A DNA stretch of 64,000 nucleotides, from NCBI GenBank assembly GCA_937973685.1, contig CALJKJ010000042.1, forward strand, positions 1,551 to 65,550, in the 5' to 3' direction. Shown one piece after another: positions 1-8,802 of this stretch. Within the stretch, counting starts at the first letter, position 1. Each line of letters opens with the position of its first letter. The stretch comes from an uncultured Flavobacteriales bacterium. Lineage in GTDB: Bacteria > Bacteroidota > Bacteroidia > Flavobacteriales_D > Crocinitomicaceae. Both the position numbers and the translations under genes were made by a program. The notes below the pieces were generated by a model. It had not been told where the DNA came from. It ran no database searches and was given only the letters and a program-made list of their open reading frames with translations.

Positions 1-720
1 CACCATCAACGCGTCCGTAACTTTGATAATCTCATCGATATCATCAATTGCTTCCGGTTTTTCAATTTTGGCTACAATACGTGCTTTCGCTTGGCGTTGT
101 GAAATCTCGTGTTTCAATTCAATGATATCACGCGCAGAACGCACAAACGACAAGCCAATCCAATCCACCTCATTTGTTAATGCAAATGCTAAATCTTCTC
201 GGTCTTTCTCCGTTAACGAAGGAAGCGAGATTTTTGTATTTGGTAAGTTCACCCCTTTTTTAGAAGACAAAATACCACCGTGAATGACACGCGCTTTGAT
301 TTCGGATTTACCATCCGTACTGACAATTTCCATCATCAATTTTCCGTCATCCAATAAGATGCGTTCACCAGGAAGCACATCTTTCGGCATTAAGCTATAA
401 CTGATTCCAAATTTCTCCGCTGTACCAACAACACGCTCAGTAACGATGGTAACAATCGAATCGTTTTCCATCATCACGCCATTGTTCTCCATTTCGTAAG
501 TTCTGATTTTCGGACCTTGTAAATCGGCTAATATCGCTACATTTAAACCTGTTTCGCGGTTTAAATCACGAATCATGTCGATACTTTTTTGATGGTCTTC
601 ATGCGAACCGTGCGAACAATTCAAGCGACATACATTGACACCCTCCAACATCATTTGTTTCAACACTGCTCTATCTGCAGTTGCTGGTCCAAGGGTTGCA
701 ACAATTTTAGTTTTTTTCAT
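1..720 (-). CDS. pyk: Pyruvate kinase (5' part; runs off the window start)
   Basis: Absent from the ORF track because it is truncated. Hand translation from the ATG at 720 gives MKKTKIVATLGPATAD...RLNCSHG...DLQGPKIRT...KKGVNLP...IGLSFVR...AKIEKPEA...DALMV. Confidence 0.97.
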   Translation of the reverse strand, partial: MKKTKIVATLGPATADRAVLKQMMLEGVNVCRLNCSHGSHEDHQKSIDMIRDLNRETGLNVAILADLQGPKIRTYEMENNGVMMENDSIVTIVTERVVGTAEKFGISYSLMPKDVLPGERILLDDGKLMMEIVSTDGKSEIKARVIHGGILSSKKGVNLPNTKISLPSLTEKDREDLAFALTNEVDWIGLSFVRSARDIIELKHEISQRQAKARIVAKIEKPEAIDDIDEIIKVTDALMV

Positions 721-1149
721 TTAAAATAATATTTGTTCCGCAGACGGCGCTTCATCGGAATCGATTATGAACGCTGCCATTACGCTGGTTACTTTTTTTA
801 CGTTATCCAAGATGTCATCGAGCTCAAAAAAAACGTTTTCTCTCAAAAACAAAAAATAGTCAATCTGGTTTTTTTCTGGAATCAAAAACTTTCCTTCGTA
901 TTTATTTTTTATCAGATAATATTCCATGTGGTTCGCCTCATCAGACCAGAAATAATAACTGTGTTGGGACTGAGTTGTGCCTTTTTTTGAATGTATTACA
1001 AACAAATCATCTGCTTTTGCAAGGTGCAATTTTAGTTGCTGATTGAGACCCCAAACTAGCCGATAATCACTGTGATGGGAACAAATTCCAATCATTTCAA
1101 AATCAACGGTCTGATCTAACGCAAGGACATGGCGTTTTACTTTGCTCAT
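721..1149 (-). CDS. IPExxxVDY family protein (Bacteroidota conserved hypothetical)
   Basis: LIPEKNQIDYFL motif and the usual position upstream of pyk. Likely start is the ATG at 1149 (MSKVKRH); the ORF track extends it to 1206. Confidence 0.8.
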   Translation of the reverse strand: MSKVKRHVLALDQTVDFEMIGICSHHSDYRLVWGLNQQLKLHLAKADDLFVIHSKKGTTQSQHSYYFWSDEANHMEYYLIKNKYEGKFLIPEKNQIDYFLFLRENVFFELDDILDNVKKVTSVMAAFIIDSDEAPSAEQILF

Positions 1150-1258
1150 ACACTTGTAATTAGTGTCAAATTTACACATTAATTTAAGTAAATACAAACG
1201 AAGCACGTGTAGGGAACGAGGAATTAACTCAAAAATAATACGCGTGCGTACTTTTGGC

Positions 1259-1984
1259 TTAAATTTCCCCGACCAAAATCAGGGTTTCTTTTGCGGCTGC
1301 TTGTTCCGCTGCTTTTTTGGATGTTCCGATTCCTTTGCCGTAGTTTTTATTGTTTACTAACGCAACAACTTCGTATTTCCAATTTCCGTGATTGTTTTCT
1401 TCGGTAATTACTGAAAATTCGATGGTCAATTTACGTTTTTGGCACCAAATAAATAACTTGGATTTGAAGTCAATTTCTTCTTCCAACACTTTATTCAAAT
1501 CAACATATTTTCTAAAAACGTATTGATGAATGATCCGTTTGGTGACGTCATAACCACCATCCAAATAGATAGCGCCAATAATCGCTTCGAAGGCATTTCC
1601 CTCTAAGGAAGACAGGTTGATCGAACGACCTTTGCTGTATCGAAGTATTTTTCGCAATCCCAACTCTTCACCAATTTCAGAAAGCGTTTTACGCGAAACG
1701 ACTTTTGACTTGACTTTCGTCAGGTAACCTTCGTCTTGATCGGGAAATTTTTGATAGAGAAATTCGGCAATAATAGCATCTAAAATAGCGTCCCCTAAAA
1801 ACTCAAGCCGTTCGTTCGATAGTTCGACTGTTGAATCCACATAAGTAATAGACGAATGTGTTACGGCTTCCCGAAAGTGTTTCAATTGTTTTGGACGATA
1901 GCCAAAGCGATCGATAAAAAATCGAATTAATTGCAAGTCTTCATCAGACTTTTTTGGGGCAAGAAATGGAAATTTAAGCCGCAC
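1259..1984 (-). CDS. rnc: Ribonuclease III
   Basis: Signature NERLEFLGDAIL, FEAIIGAIYLD, and a C-terminal dsRBD (DFKSKL...KKAAEQAAA). GTG start. Confidence 0.97.
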   Translation of the reverse strand: MRLKFPFLAPKKSDEDLQLIRFFIDRFGYRPKQLKHFREAVTHSSITYVDSTVELSNERLEFLGDAILDAIIAEFLYQKFPDQDEGYLTKVKSKVVSRKTLSEIGEELGLRKILRYSKGRSINLSSLEGNAFEAIIGAIYLDGGYDVTKRIIHQYVFRKYVDLNKVLEEEIDFKSKLFIWCQKRKLTIEFSVITEENNHGNWKYEVVALVNNKNYGKGIGTSKKAAEQAAAKETLILVGEI

Positions 1985-2001
1985 TTATAGAGCTTGAAGG
2001 A

Positions 2002-3255
2002 TTATCCCTTATACTTTCGAACAATTACAGAGGTATTGTGCCCACCGAATCCAAATGTATTGGACAAGGCAACATCAACAGTTCTGTATTGAGGTTTGTG
2101 GAATGTAAAATTCAAACGGTTATCAATTTCTGGATCATCTGTAAAGTGATTGATTGTTGGGGGAACAACATCATTTTTTACAGATAAAATACACGCAATA
2201 GCTTCAATAGCTCCTGCTGCACCTAACAAGTGACCTGTCATTGATTTTGTTGAACTGATGTTCAATTTGTATGCATGTTCACCAAAGACATTCAAAATTG
2301 CTTTTGTTTCAGCAATATCCCCTAATGGAGTTGATGTACCGTGAACATTTACATAATCGATTGCTTCTGGAGCAATTTCTGCATCTTCTAATGCTGCTTT
2401 CATAACGTTAATTGCGCCAATTCCGTCTGGATGAGGAGCAGTCATGTGATAAGCATCACCCGACATACCGCCACCAATAACTTCAGCGTAAATTTTTGCA
2501 CCACGTTTGATTGCGTGTTCGTACTCTTCTAAGATTAATGCGCCACCACCTTCGCCTAACACAAATCCATCACGATCTAAATCGAATGGACGAGAAGCAG
2601 TTTCTGGAGATTCATTTCTTGTTGAAAGTGCACGTAGGGCGTTAAAACCACCCATTCCCATTTCGTTCACTGCAGCTTCAGAACCACCCGTTACAATCGC
2701 ATCAGCTTTCCCTAAACGAATGAGGTTGAAGGCATCAATAATTGCATTAGTGGCAGATGCACATGCAGAAACGGTTACATAATTTGGACCACGCAAACCA
2801 TATTTGATTGAAATATGACCAGCAGCGATATCCGAAATCATTTTTGGGATAAAGAACGGATTAAATTTAGGAGTACCATCACCACCAAAGAAATTTTCCG
2901 CTTCGTCTTGAAACGTTTTTAATCCTCCGATTCCAGAACCCCAAATCACTCCAATACGATTCAAATTTGGATCTGATTCCATTAACATAGAATCAGCCAT
3001 GGCTTCTGATGCAGAAACCATGGCGTATTGTGAAAATTGATCTAATTTCCGTGCTTCTTTTCTGTCGATAAAATCCTCGACATTGAAGTTCTTGATTTCA
3101 CAAGCAAACTGAGTTTTAAATTTAGAAGCGTCATATTGTTGAATTGGTGCAGCTCCACTTCTTCCACTCAACAATCCTTCCCAAAATTCTGAAACGGTAT
3201 TACCGATAGGTGTTATAGCGCCTAAGCCAGTAACAACAACTTTTTTCAACTCCAT
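2002..3255 (-). CDS. fabF: 3-oxoacyl-ACP synthase II
   Basis: VVVTGLG, TVSACAS (catalytic Cys), HGTST, GHLLGAAG, SNTFGFGG; lies downstream of acpP. Confidence 0.97.
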   Translation of the reverse strand: MELKKVVVTGLGAITPIGNTVSEFWEGLLSGRSGAAPIQQYDASKFKTQFACEIKNFNVEDFIDRKEARKLDQFSQYAMVSASEAMADSMLMESDPNLNRIGVIWGSGIGGLKTFQDEAENFFGGDGTPKFNPFFIPKMISDIAAGHISIKYGLRGPNYVTVSACASATNAIIDAFNLIRLGKADAIVTGGSEAAVNEMGMGGFNALRALSTRNESPETASRPFDLDRDGFVLGEGGGALILEEYEHAIKRGAKIYAEVIGGGMSGDAYHMTAPHPDGIGAINVMKAALEDAEIAPEAIDYVNVHGTSTPLGDIAETKAILNVFGEHAYKLNISSTKSMTGHLLGAAGAIEAIACILSVKNDVVPPTINHFTDDPEIDNRLNFTFHKPQYRTVDVALSNTFGFGGHNTSVIVRKYKG

Positions 3256-3300
3256 AAATTAGCTTTTGTTTGTTAACCTTGATAAATCAAGTAACTCAAA

Positions 3301-3537
3301 TTAGTTTGCGTTTTGCTCAATGTAAGAAACCGCGTCACCAACTGTTTGGATGTTTTCAGCTTGATCATCCGGAATAGCAATATTGAATTCTTTTTCGAAT
3401 TCCATAATTAACTCAACAGTGTCAAGTGAATCAGCTCCTAGATCATTTGTAAAGCTTGCTTCATGCGTTACTTCACTTTCTTCAACTCCTAATTTATCTA
3501 CAATAATAGATATTACTTTTGACTTGATATCAGACAT
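3301..3537 (-). CDS. acpP: Acyl carrier protein
   Basis: 78 aa, acidic, with the DLGADSLD phosphopantetheine site. Confidence 0.98.
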   Translation of the reverse strand: MSDIKSKVISIIVDKLGVEESEVTHEASFTNDLGADSLDTVELIMEFEKEFNIAIPDDQAENIQTVGDAVSYIEQNAN

Positions 3538-3684
3538 CTCAAATACGTTTATAAGTTTATTCAGCTTGCAAAGAAAAGAGGAAATGCCGTAAAAACAAAA
3601 TATATAAGCAACTAATTATCTGTTTTGTGTATTTTTTATTAAAAAGTGTCCTGTTTTTGGGCGTGTTGAGTGAAATAGATTCCT

Positions 3685-3692
3685 TAAATTTG
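3685..3692 (+). promoter_or_regulatory. Bacteroidota -7 promoter box for purN (TAAATTTG), 4 nt before the ATG
   Basis: Exact TAnnTTTG match followed by CACC-ATG. Confidence 0.65.
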
Positions 3693-3696
3693 CACC

Positions 3697-4278
3697 ATGA
3701 ATAATCATTCAATTGCACTTTTTGCTTCCGGAAATGGGTCAAACGCACTGAATATTATTGGATATTTCAAAGAAAATCCAACGATTCATGTTGCCGTATT
3801 AATTTGTAACAAAAAAGATGCGCCAATTGTTCAAAAAGCTACAGATGCCGGTGTAGAAGTGCTTGTATTTGACAACGAAGCGTTTGAAAATGGATTGACC
3901 GTCCTGCAAGAACTCGATTACCGTGCAATTGACTGGATCGTCTTAGCAGGTTTTTTACGTAAAATCCCTACCAATTTAATCAATGGATTCCCAAACCGTA
4001 TCATCAATATTCACCCATCGTTGTTACCCAAATTTGGCGGTAAAGGTATGTATGGACACTTTGTTCACCAAGCAGTTTACGACGCAAAAGAAACTGAAAC
4101 AGGAATTACTATTCATTTAGTAAACGAAGAATTTGACAAAGGGGAAATACTCGCACAATTTAAAACGCCACTTTCACCAGCAGATACTCCAGCGTTGATC
4201 GCACAAAAAATAAGTTTGTTGGAGTTGTCCAATTTTCCTACTATTGTAGAACGCACCATAAAAAACCAACAACAATGA
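3697..4278 (+). CDS. purN: Phosphoribosylglycinamide formyltransferase
   Basis: FASGNGSN, LAGFLR, INIHPSLLP, GITIHLV...D motifs. Confidence 0.96.
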   Translation: MNNHSIALFASGNGSNALNIIGYFKENPTIHVAVLICNKKDAPIVQKATDAGVEVLVFDNEAFENGLTVLQELDYRAIDWIVLAGFLRKIPTNLINGFPNRIINIHPSLLPKFGGKGMYGHFVHQAVYDAKETETGITIHLVNEEFDKGEILAQFKTPLSPADTPALIAQKISLLELSNFPTIVERTIKNQQQ

Positions 4279-4877
4279 TTGCTTTCTTTAATGATTTTGA
4301 TGTTTATGAAATTTTCAAAACAGCTACCGTATTATTTGCTGTAATTGACATTGTTGGATCTGTTCCAATGATCATAAAAATTAAAGAACAATCGGGTGAT
4401 ATTCATCCCATTCGAACGAGCTTGGTTTCATTGGGAATCATGATTGGTTTTTTTGTATTAGGAGAAAGTATTTTACAATTGTTTGGTGTGGATGTTCGTT
4501 CGTTTGCTGTAGCTGGTTCCATCATCATTTTTGCAATGAGTTTGGAGATGATTTTAGGTGTGCGTTTGTTTCGCGATAGTGTCTCTGGTAAAACAGCGAG
4601 TGTCGTTCCGTTAGCCTTTCCAATCATTGCTGGGGCAGGAACAATGACAACCATCATTGCCTTGCGTGCTGAGTTTGCAAGCATCAATATTATCATAGCT
4701 ATACTCATCAATATCATCGTTGTTTATGCTGTGTTGAGATTAACGAAGAAAATTGAACAATTATTGGGCGAAGGTGGTATTGCAATTTTGAAAAAGGTGT
4801 TTGGTATCATTCTCTTAGCAATTGCTATCAAATTATTTACTACCAACATTGCCGCTTTGTTTGAGGCTGTAAACTAA
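4275..4877 (+). CDS. MarC family inner-membrane protein
   Basis: About 6 hydrophobic segments, VVPLAFPIIAGAG motif, C-terminal GIILLAIAI; ATGA overlap with purN. Confidence 0.85.
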   Translation: MIAFFNDFDVYEIFKTATVLFAVIDIVGSVPMIIKIKEQSGDIHPIRTSLVSLGIMIGFFVLGESILQLFGVDVRSFAVAGSIIIFAMSLEMILGVRLFRDSVSGKTASVVPLAFPIIAGAGTMTTIIALRAEFASINIIIAILINIIVVYAVLRLTKKIEQLLGEGGIAILKKVFGIILLAIAIKLFTTNIAALFEAVN

Positions 4878-4933
4878 AAAACGCCATAACTTTCGTTACA
4901 GCGTTTTCAATAAATACTTATTTTATTCTATGA

Positions 4934-5959
4934 TTAGTCTCTAATCAAGAATTGGAATCTGTCTAAGTTCTTCAATGCGATACTTGTTCCACGTGCTACT
5001 GCTCTTAGTGGATCTTCAGCAATGTGCACCGGTAACTTGGTTTTCTCGCTAATACGTTTGTCCAAACCACGTAACATCGAACCACCTCCAGCTAAATAAA
5101 TACCTGTTTTGTAAATATCTGCAGATAATTCTGGTGGTGTTTGTTCCAATGCACTCAAAATCGCTTCTTCAATTTTAGAAATTGTTTTATCCAAAGCATG
5201 TGCTACTTCTGAGTAAGTAATGATGATTTCTTTTGGAATACCCGTCATTAAATCACGTCCACGAACGGCATAATCAGCTGGTGGATTGTCTAATTCTGGT
5301 AAAGCTGCTCCTACTTCAATCTTGATTTGTTCCGCAGTACGCTCTCCAACAAGAATGTTGTGTTGACGGCGCATGTATTCTTCGATGTCCGAAGTGAAAT
5401 CATCACCAGCAATACGAATTGATTTATCACAAACGATACCACCAAGTGCAATGACTGCAATTTCTGAAGTACCACCACCGATATCAATGATCATATTTCC
5501 CATTGGCTCTTCTACATCGATACCGATACCGATTGCAGCTGCCATTGGTTCGTGAATCAAGTAAACTTCTTTTGCACCTGCATGTTCAGCAGAGTCACGA
5601 ACAGCACGTTTTTCCACCTCCGTAATTCCTGAAGGGATACAAACAACCATACGTAACGTAGGATTAAACATTCTTTTTCCTGGATTGATCATTTTGATGA
5701 ATCCACGAATCATTTGTTCCGCACTTTGGAAATCCGCAATCACACCATCTTTCAATGGGCGAACGGTTTCGATCAATTTGTGCGTTTTACCGTGCATTTG
5801 TTGTGCTTTTTTACCAATCGCTACAACCTTACCCGTTTGTATGTCTTTTGCTACGATAGACGGTTCATCCACAACCACTTTGTCATTCATGATGATCAAT
5901 GTGTTTGCAGTACCTAAGTCAATAGCAACTTCTTGTGTCAGAAAATTAAATAATCCCAT
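4934..5959 (-). CDS. mreB: Rod shape-determining actin MreB
   Basis: IDLGTANT, EPMAAAIG, DIGGGTSE, LAGGGSML. Confidence 0.97.
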   Translation of the reverse strand: MGLFNFLTQEVAIDLGTANTLIIMNDKVVVDEPSIVAKDIQTGKVVAIGKKAQQMHGKTHKLIETVRPLKDGVIADFQSAEQMIRGFIKMINPGKRMFNPTLRMVVCIPSGITEVEKRAVRDSAEHAGAKEVYLIHEPMAAAIGIGIDVEEPMGNMIIDIGGGTSEIAVIALGGIVCDKSIRIAGDDFTSDIEEYMRRQHNILVGERTAEQIKIEVGAALPELDNPPADYAVRGRDLMTGIPKEIIITYSEVAHALDKTISKIEEAILSALEQTPPELSADIYKTGIYLAGGGSMLRGLDKRISEKTKLPVHIAEDPLRAVARGTSIALKNLDRFQFLIRD

Positions 5960-6018
5960 TTATTGCGCGAAATTATGCGTGTCCACTTTCCTTATTCGTA
6001 AAATCTTGGAAATGGTTA

Positions 6019-6026
6019 CAAAAATA
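6019..6026 (-). promoter_or_regulatory. Candidate -7 box for mreB (TATTTTTG); a second variant TAATTTCG at 5968-5975
   Basis: TAnnTTTG match in the 165-bp purH-mreB gap. Confidence 0.55.
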
Positions 6027-6124
6027 GGGTAAAAAAATGAAATTTTTGCAATGCAAAATGAATTACACTGGATTATTTCAGAAATCGCTTTTTTTTAACG
6101 AAAGTTATCGATCCGTTTTGCAAA

Positions 6125-7657
6125 TTAGTGTTTAAAATGTCTATTGCCTGTAAACACCATTGCTACGCCGTGTTCGTTGCAATAAGCAATAGACAATTCA
6201 TCTTTGATTGAACCACCAGGCTGAACAACTGCTGTAATTCCAGCAAGATGTGCAATTTCAACACAATCAGGGAAAGGGAAAAATGCATCAGAAGCCATTA
6301 CTGCTCCATTCAAATCAAAACCAAAATTGCGTGCTTTTTCAACTGCTTGCTTCAAGGCATCAACACGTGATGTTTGCCCTGTTCCACTTGCAATCAACTG
6401 ACCGTTTTTAGCAAAAACAATGGTATTTGATTTGGTGTGTTTAACCAATTTATTCGCGAAAACCAAATCTTCTACTTCTTGAGCAGTTGGTTGTTTGATG
6501 GTACGTGATTCAAAATTAGCGCCTGTTTCAGAACGCAAATCTTTGTCTTGTTCCAAAACACCATTCAACAATGTTCTGAATTGTTTTTTAGGTAATTCAA
6601 CTTGTTTTTGAACCAACAAAATTCTGTTTTTCTTAGTTGCAAGGATGTCAAAAGCTGCTTGGTCATAACCTGGTGCAATGACTACTTCACAAAACAAGTC
6701 ATTGATCAACGTTGCGGTAGCCACATCAATCGTTCGGTTTGCAATTAAAATTCCGCCAAAAGCCGAGGTTGGATCACCAGCTAACGCATCTTTGTATGCT
6801 TGTTCCAACGTAGGTCGAGTAGCCAATCCACACGCATTGTTGTGTTTCAAAATGGCAAAGGTTGGATCGTTTTTACTAAATTCCTCCATCAATTGAACAG
6901 CTGCATCAACATCTAATAAGTTGTTGTACGACAATTCTTTGCCATGAAGTGTGTCAAACATTTCAGCAAAGTTTCCATGGAACCAACCACGTTGATGCGG
7001 ATTTTCACCGTAACGTAATGATTGTGAAGACAAGATACTTTGTTTGAAAACAGGCACCTCATCAGCTTCATTAAAGTAATTGAAGATGTGCGTATCGTAA
7101 TGCGATGAAACCATGAACGCATCACGTGCAAACGCCTTACGTTGTGCCAATGTCGTTTGATTGCCCGATTCATTTAAAATGGATAAAAACGCTGCATATT
7201 GGTCAACTGACGGAATGATAACCACGTCGTTGTAGTTTTTTGCAGCAGCACGAATCAATGAAATTCCACCGATATCAATTTTCTCAATAGTTGATTGATG
7301 GTCCGCACCAGCAGCAACAGTTTCTTCAAACGGATACAAATCGACAATCACTAAGTCAATTGTTGGGATATCAAATTGAGCAGCTTGATCCATGTCAGCT
7401 TGCACGTTTCTACGGTGTAAAATACCGCCAAAAATTGCAGGGTGAAGCGTTTTTACACGTCCGCCAAAAATTTCAGGGTAAGATGTAACACTTTCAACAG
7501 GGATGACAGGAATGCCGAAAGATTCAATAAATGTCTGTGTTCCACCAGTTGAGTAAATAGTCACATTGTTTTCGTGTAACTTTCTAACAATTGGTTCCAA
7601 TCCATCCTTGTAATAAACTGAAATTAAAGCCCCTGTGATTTTTTTTGTCTGTTCCAT
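6125..7657 (-). CDS. purH: Bifunctional AICAR transformylase / IMP cyclohydrolase
   Basis: ALISVY, GRVKTLHP, IDIGG, RYGENPHQ, SDAFFPF, RHFKH. Confidence 0.97.
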   Translation of the reverse strand: MEQTKKITGALISVYYKDGLEPIVRKLHENNVTIYSTGGTQTFIESFGIPVIPVESVTSYPEIFGGRVKTLHPAIFGGILHRRNVQADMDQAAQFDIPTIDLVIVDLYPFEETVAAGADHQSTIEKIDIGGISLIRAAAKNYNDVVIIPSVDQYAAFLSILNESGNQTTLAQRKAFARDAFMVSSHYDTHIFNYFNEADEVPVFKQSILSSQSLRYGENPHQRGWFHGNFAEMFDTLHGKELSYNNLLDVDAAVQLMEEFSKNDPTFAILKHNNACGLATRPTLEQAYKDALAGDPTSAFGGILIANRTIDVATATLINDLFCEVVIAPGYDQAAFDILATKKNRILLVQKQVELPKKQFRTLLNGVLEQDKDLRSETGANFESRTIKQPTAQEVEDLVFANKLVKHTKSNTIVFAKNGQLIASGTGQTSRVDALKQAVEKARNFGFDLNGAVMASDAFFPFPDCVEIAHLAGITAVVQPGGSIKDELSIAYCNEHGVAMVFTGNRHFKH

Positions 7658-7697
7658 CTTTTTTGTTTTACCCTCGAAATATTATTTTTCGAAGGCG

Positions 7698-7705
7698 CAA
7701 AAATA
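7698..7705 (-). promoter_or_regulatory. -7 box for purH (TATTTTTG)
   Basis: Exact TAnnTTTG match about 40 nt upstream of the ATG. Confidence 0.6.
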
Positions 7706-7768
7706 CGGACTTTAGTTGAAAAATCGTTTTAGCAATCGGCGTAACTTATCAACTTTTTTGAGAAGTTA

Positions 7769-8800
7769 TTACCTTCTAGCTTTGAAAAGTGCGTGGTGCA
7801 AATTGACGTAACTCAGTGAGAATTCCACACTACTCATACCAGCGGCTTTACGTAATGTTGAGTAAGTATTGTCGTACGATAATCCAAAACGAAATCCCTT
7901 CCAATCAACTTGAAATGTTGGAATGATTGCATCTTTTAAACGCGCGTAACAACCAAATCCAATAGATGCATCTCTTTTAAAACCTGTCGTTTTGGAAGAT
8001 TCACTAAATCGTCTCCGAAAGATTCCTCCTAATAATGTTTCGTAATGACCACCTTGAATAAATTGCACTGCTTGTATGTCGTACGACCAACTTGAATTTG
8101 GAACATCGGTTGTGAAGTTTGTCATCAATACATATTTTCTTTCCAACTTTTCTGTGGTGCCTACATGGTATTTTAACAACGGAGCATTGGCATGATAAAC
8201 CGCAAAACCAGCTTGAAACTTTGTGTCATTATTGCGGGCAAAGGTAGACCTGTCACCATCATACTGATAAAAAACACCTGCCGAAGCATCAAAGTAGGCA
8301 AATGAATTTAAGCCGTTCACTTCTCCACTTAGCAATGTTGGGTCATAGCCCGAACCAGCCCATTGTGAATCGTAAATTAATTTTGAAATATCTCCACGTT
8401 TACTACCAAAACCCGCTTGAATCCCCAAAGAAAATTGACTTGAACGATTAATCGGCAGAATTCCCGACAAAGTTAAGGCCCCTGTCTGCGTTCCGAAATT
8501 TGCAACACTAATAGCATCGTTGTAAAATTGAAGTCCTACCCCAATATGAGCTTTTGGTTTGTACACATTTTTAAAAAAAGTAGCATCGGCATTCAACCCA
8601 GTCGAAGTAAATTGTGTATTACTGCCAAGCCATTGATTATGTTGGTGAATTGCCACACGCTCCCATCCATCATAAACTCCAACAGCACCTGGATTTAATA
8701 GGTTTGGTGATTGCATGATTTGTGAAAAATGCAAGTCTTGTGCAAGAATAGGGAATAAAAAAGCACAAACAAACCAAGTCGATAAGATCCTTTTTTTCAT
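7769..8800 (-). CDS. PorP/SprF family T9SS outer-membrane beta-barrel
   Basis: Signal peptide, then QDLHFSQ...LNPGAVG, HNQW, FYND, GLSYD...SSVEFSLSY; starts 2 nt after the stop of a type-B CTD gene. Confidence 0.85.
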   Translation of the reverse strand: MKKRILSTWFVCAFLFPILAQDLHFSQIMQSPNLLNPGAVGVYDGWERVAIHQHNQWLGSNTQFTSTGLNADATFFKNVYKPKAHIGVGLQFYNDAISVANFGTQTGALTLSGILPINRSSQFSLGIQAGFGSKRGDISKLIYDSQWAGSGYDPTLLSGEVNGLNSFAYFDASAGVFYQYDGDRSTFARNNDTKFQAGFAVYHANAPLLKYHVGTTEKLERKYVLMTNFTTDVPNSSWSYDIQAVQFIQGGHYETLLGGIFRRRFSESSKTTGFKRDASIGFGCYARLKDAIIPTFQVDWKGFRFGLSYDNTYSTLRKAAGMSSVEFSLSYVNLHHALFKARR

Positions 8801-8802
8801 GC

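Noticed and set aside
3256-3300. Weak hairpin between acpP and fabF as an RNase III processing site
   Set aside because: Only a 6-bp AU-rich core (CTTGAT/ATCAAG) with a 2-nt loop; too short to support.
7658-7768. Purine or ZTP riboswitch upstream of purH (also checked purN and purQ)
   Set aside because: Leaders are short and AT-rich with the -7 box close to the ATG; no room or structure for an aptamer.
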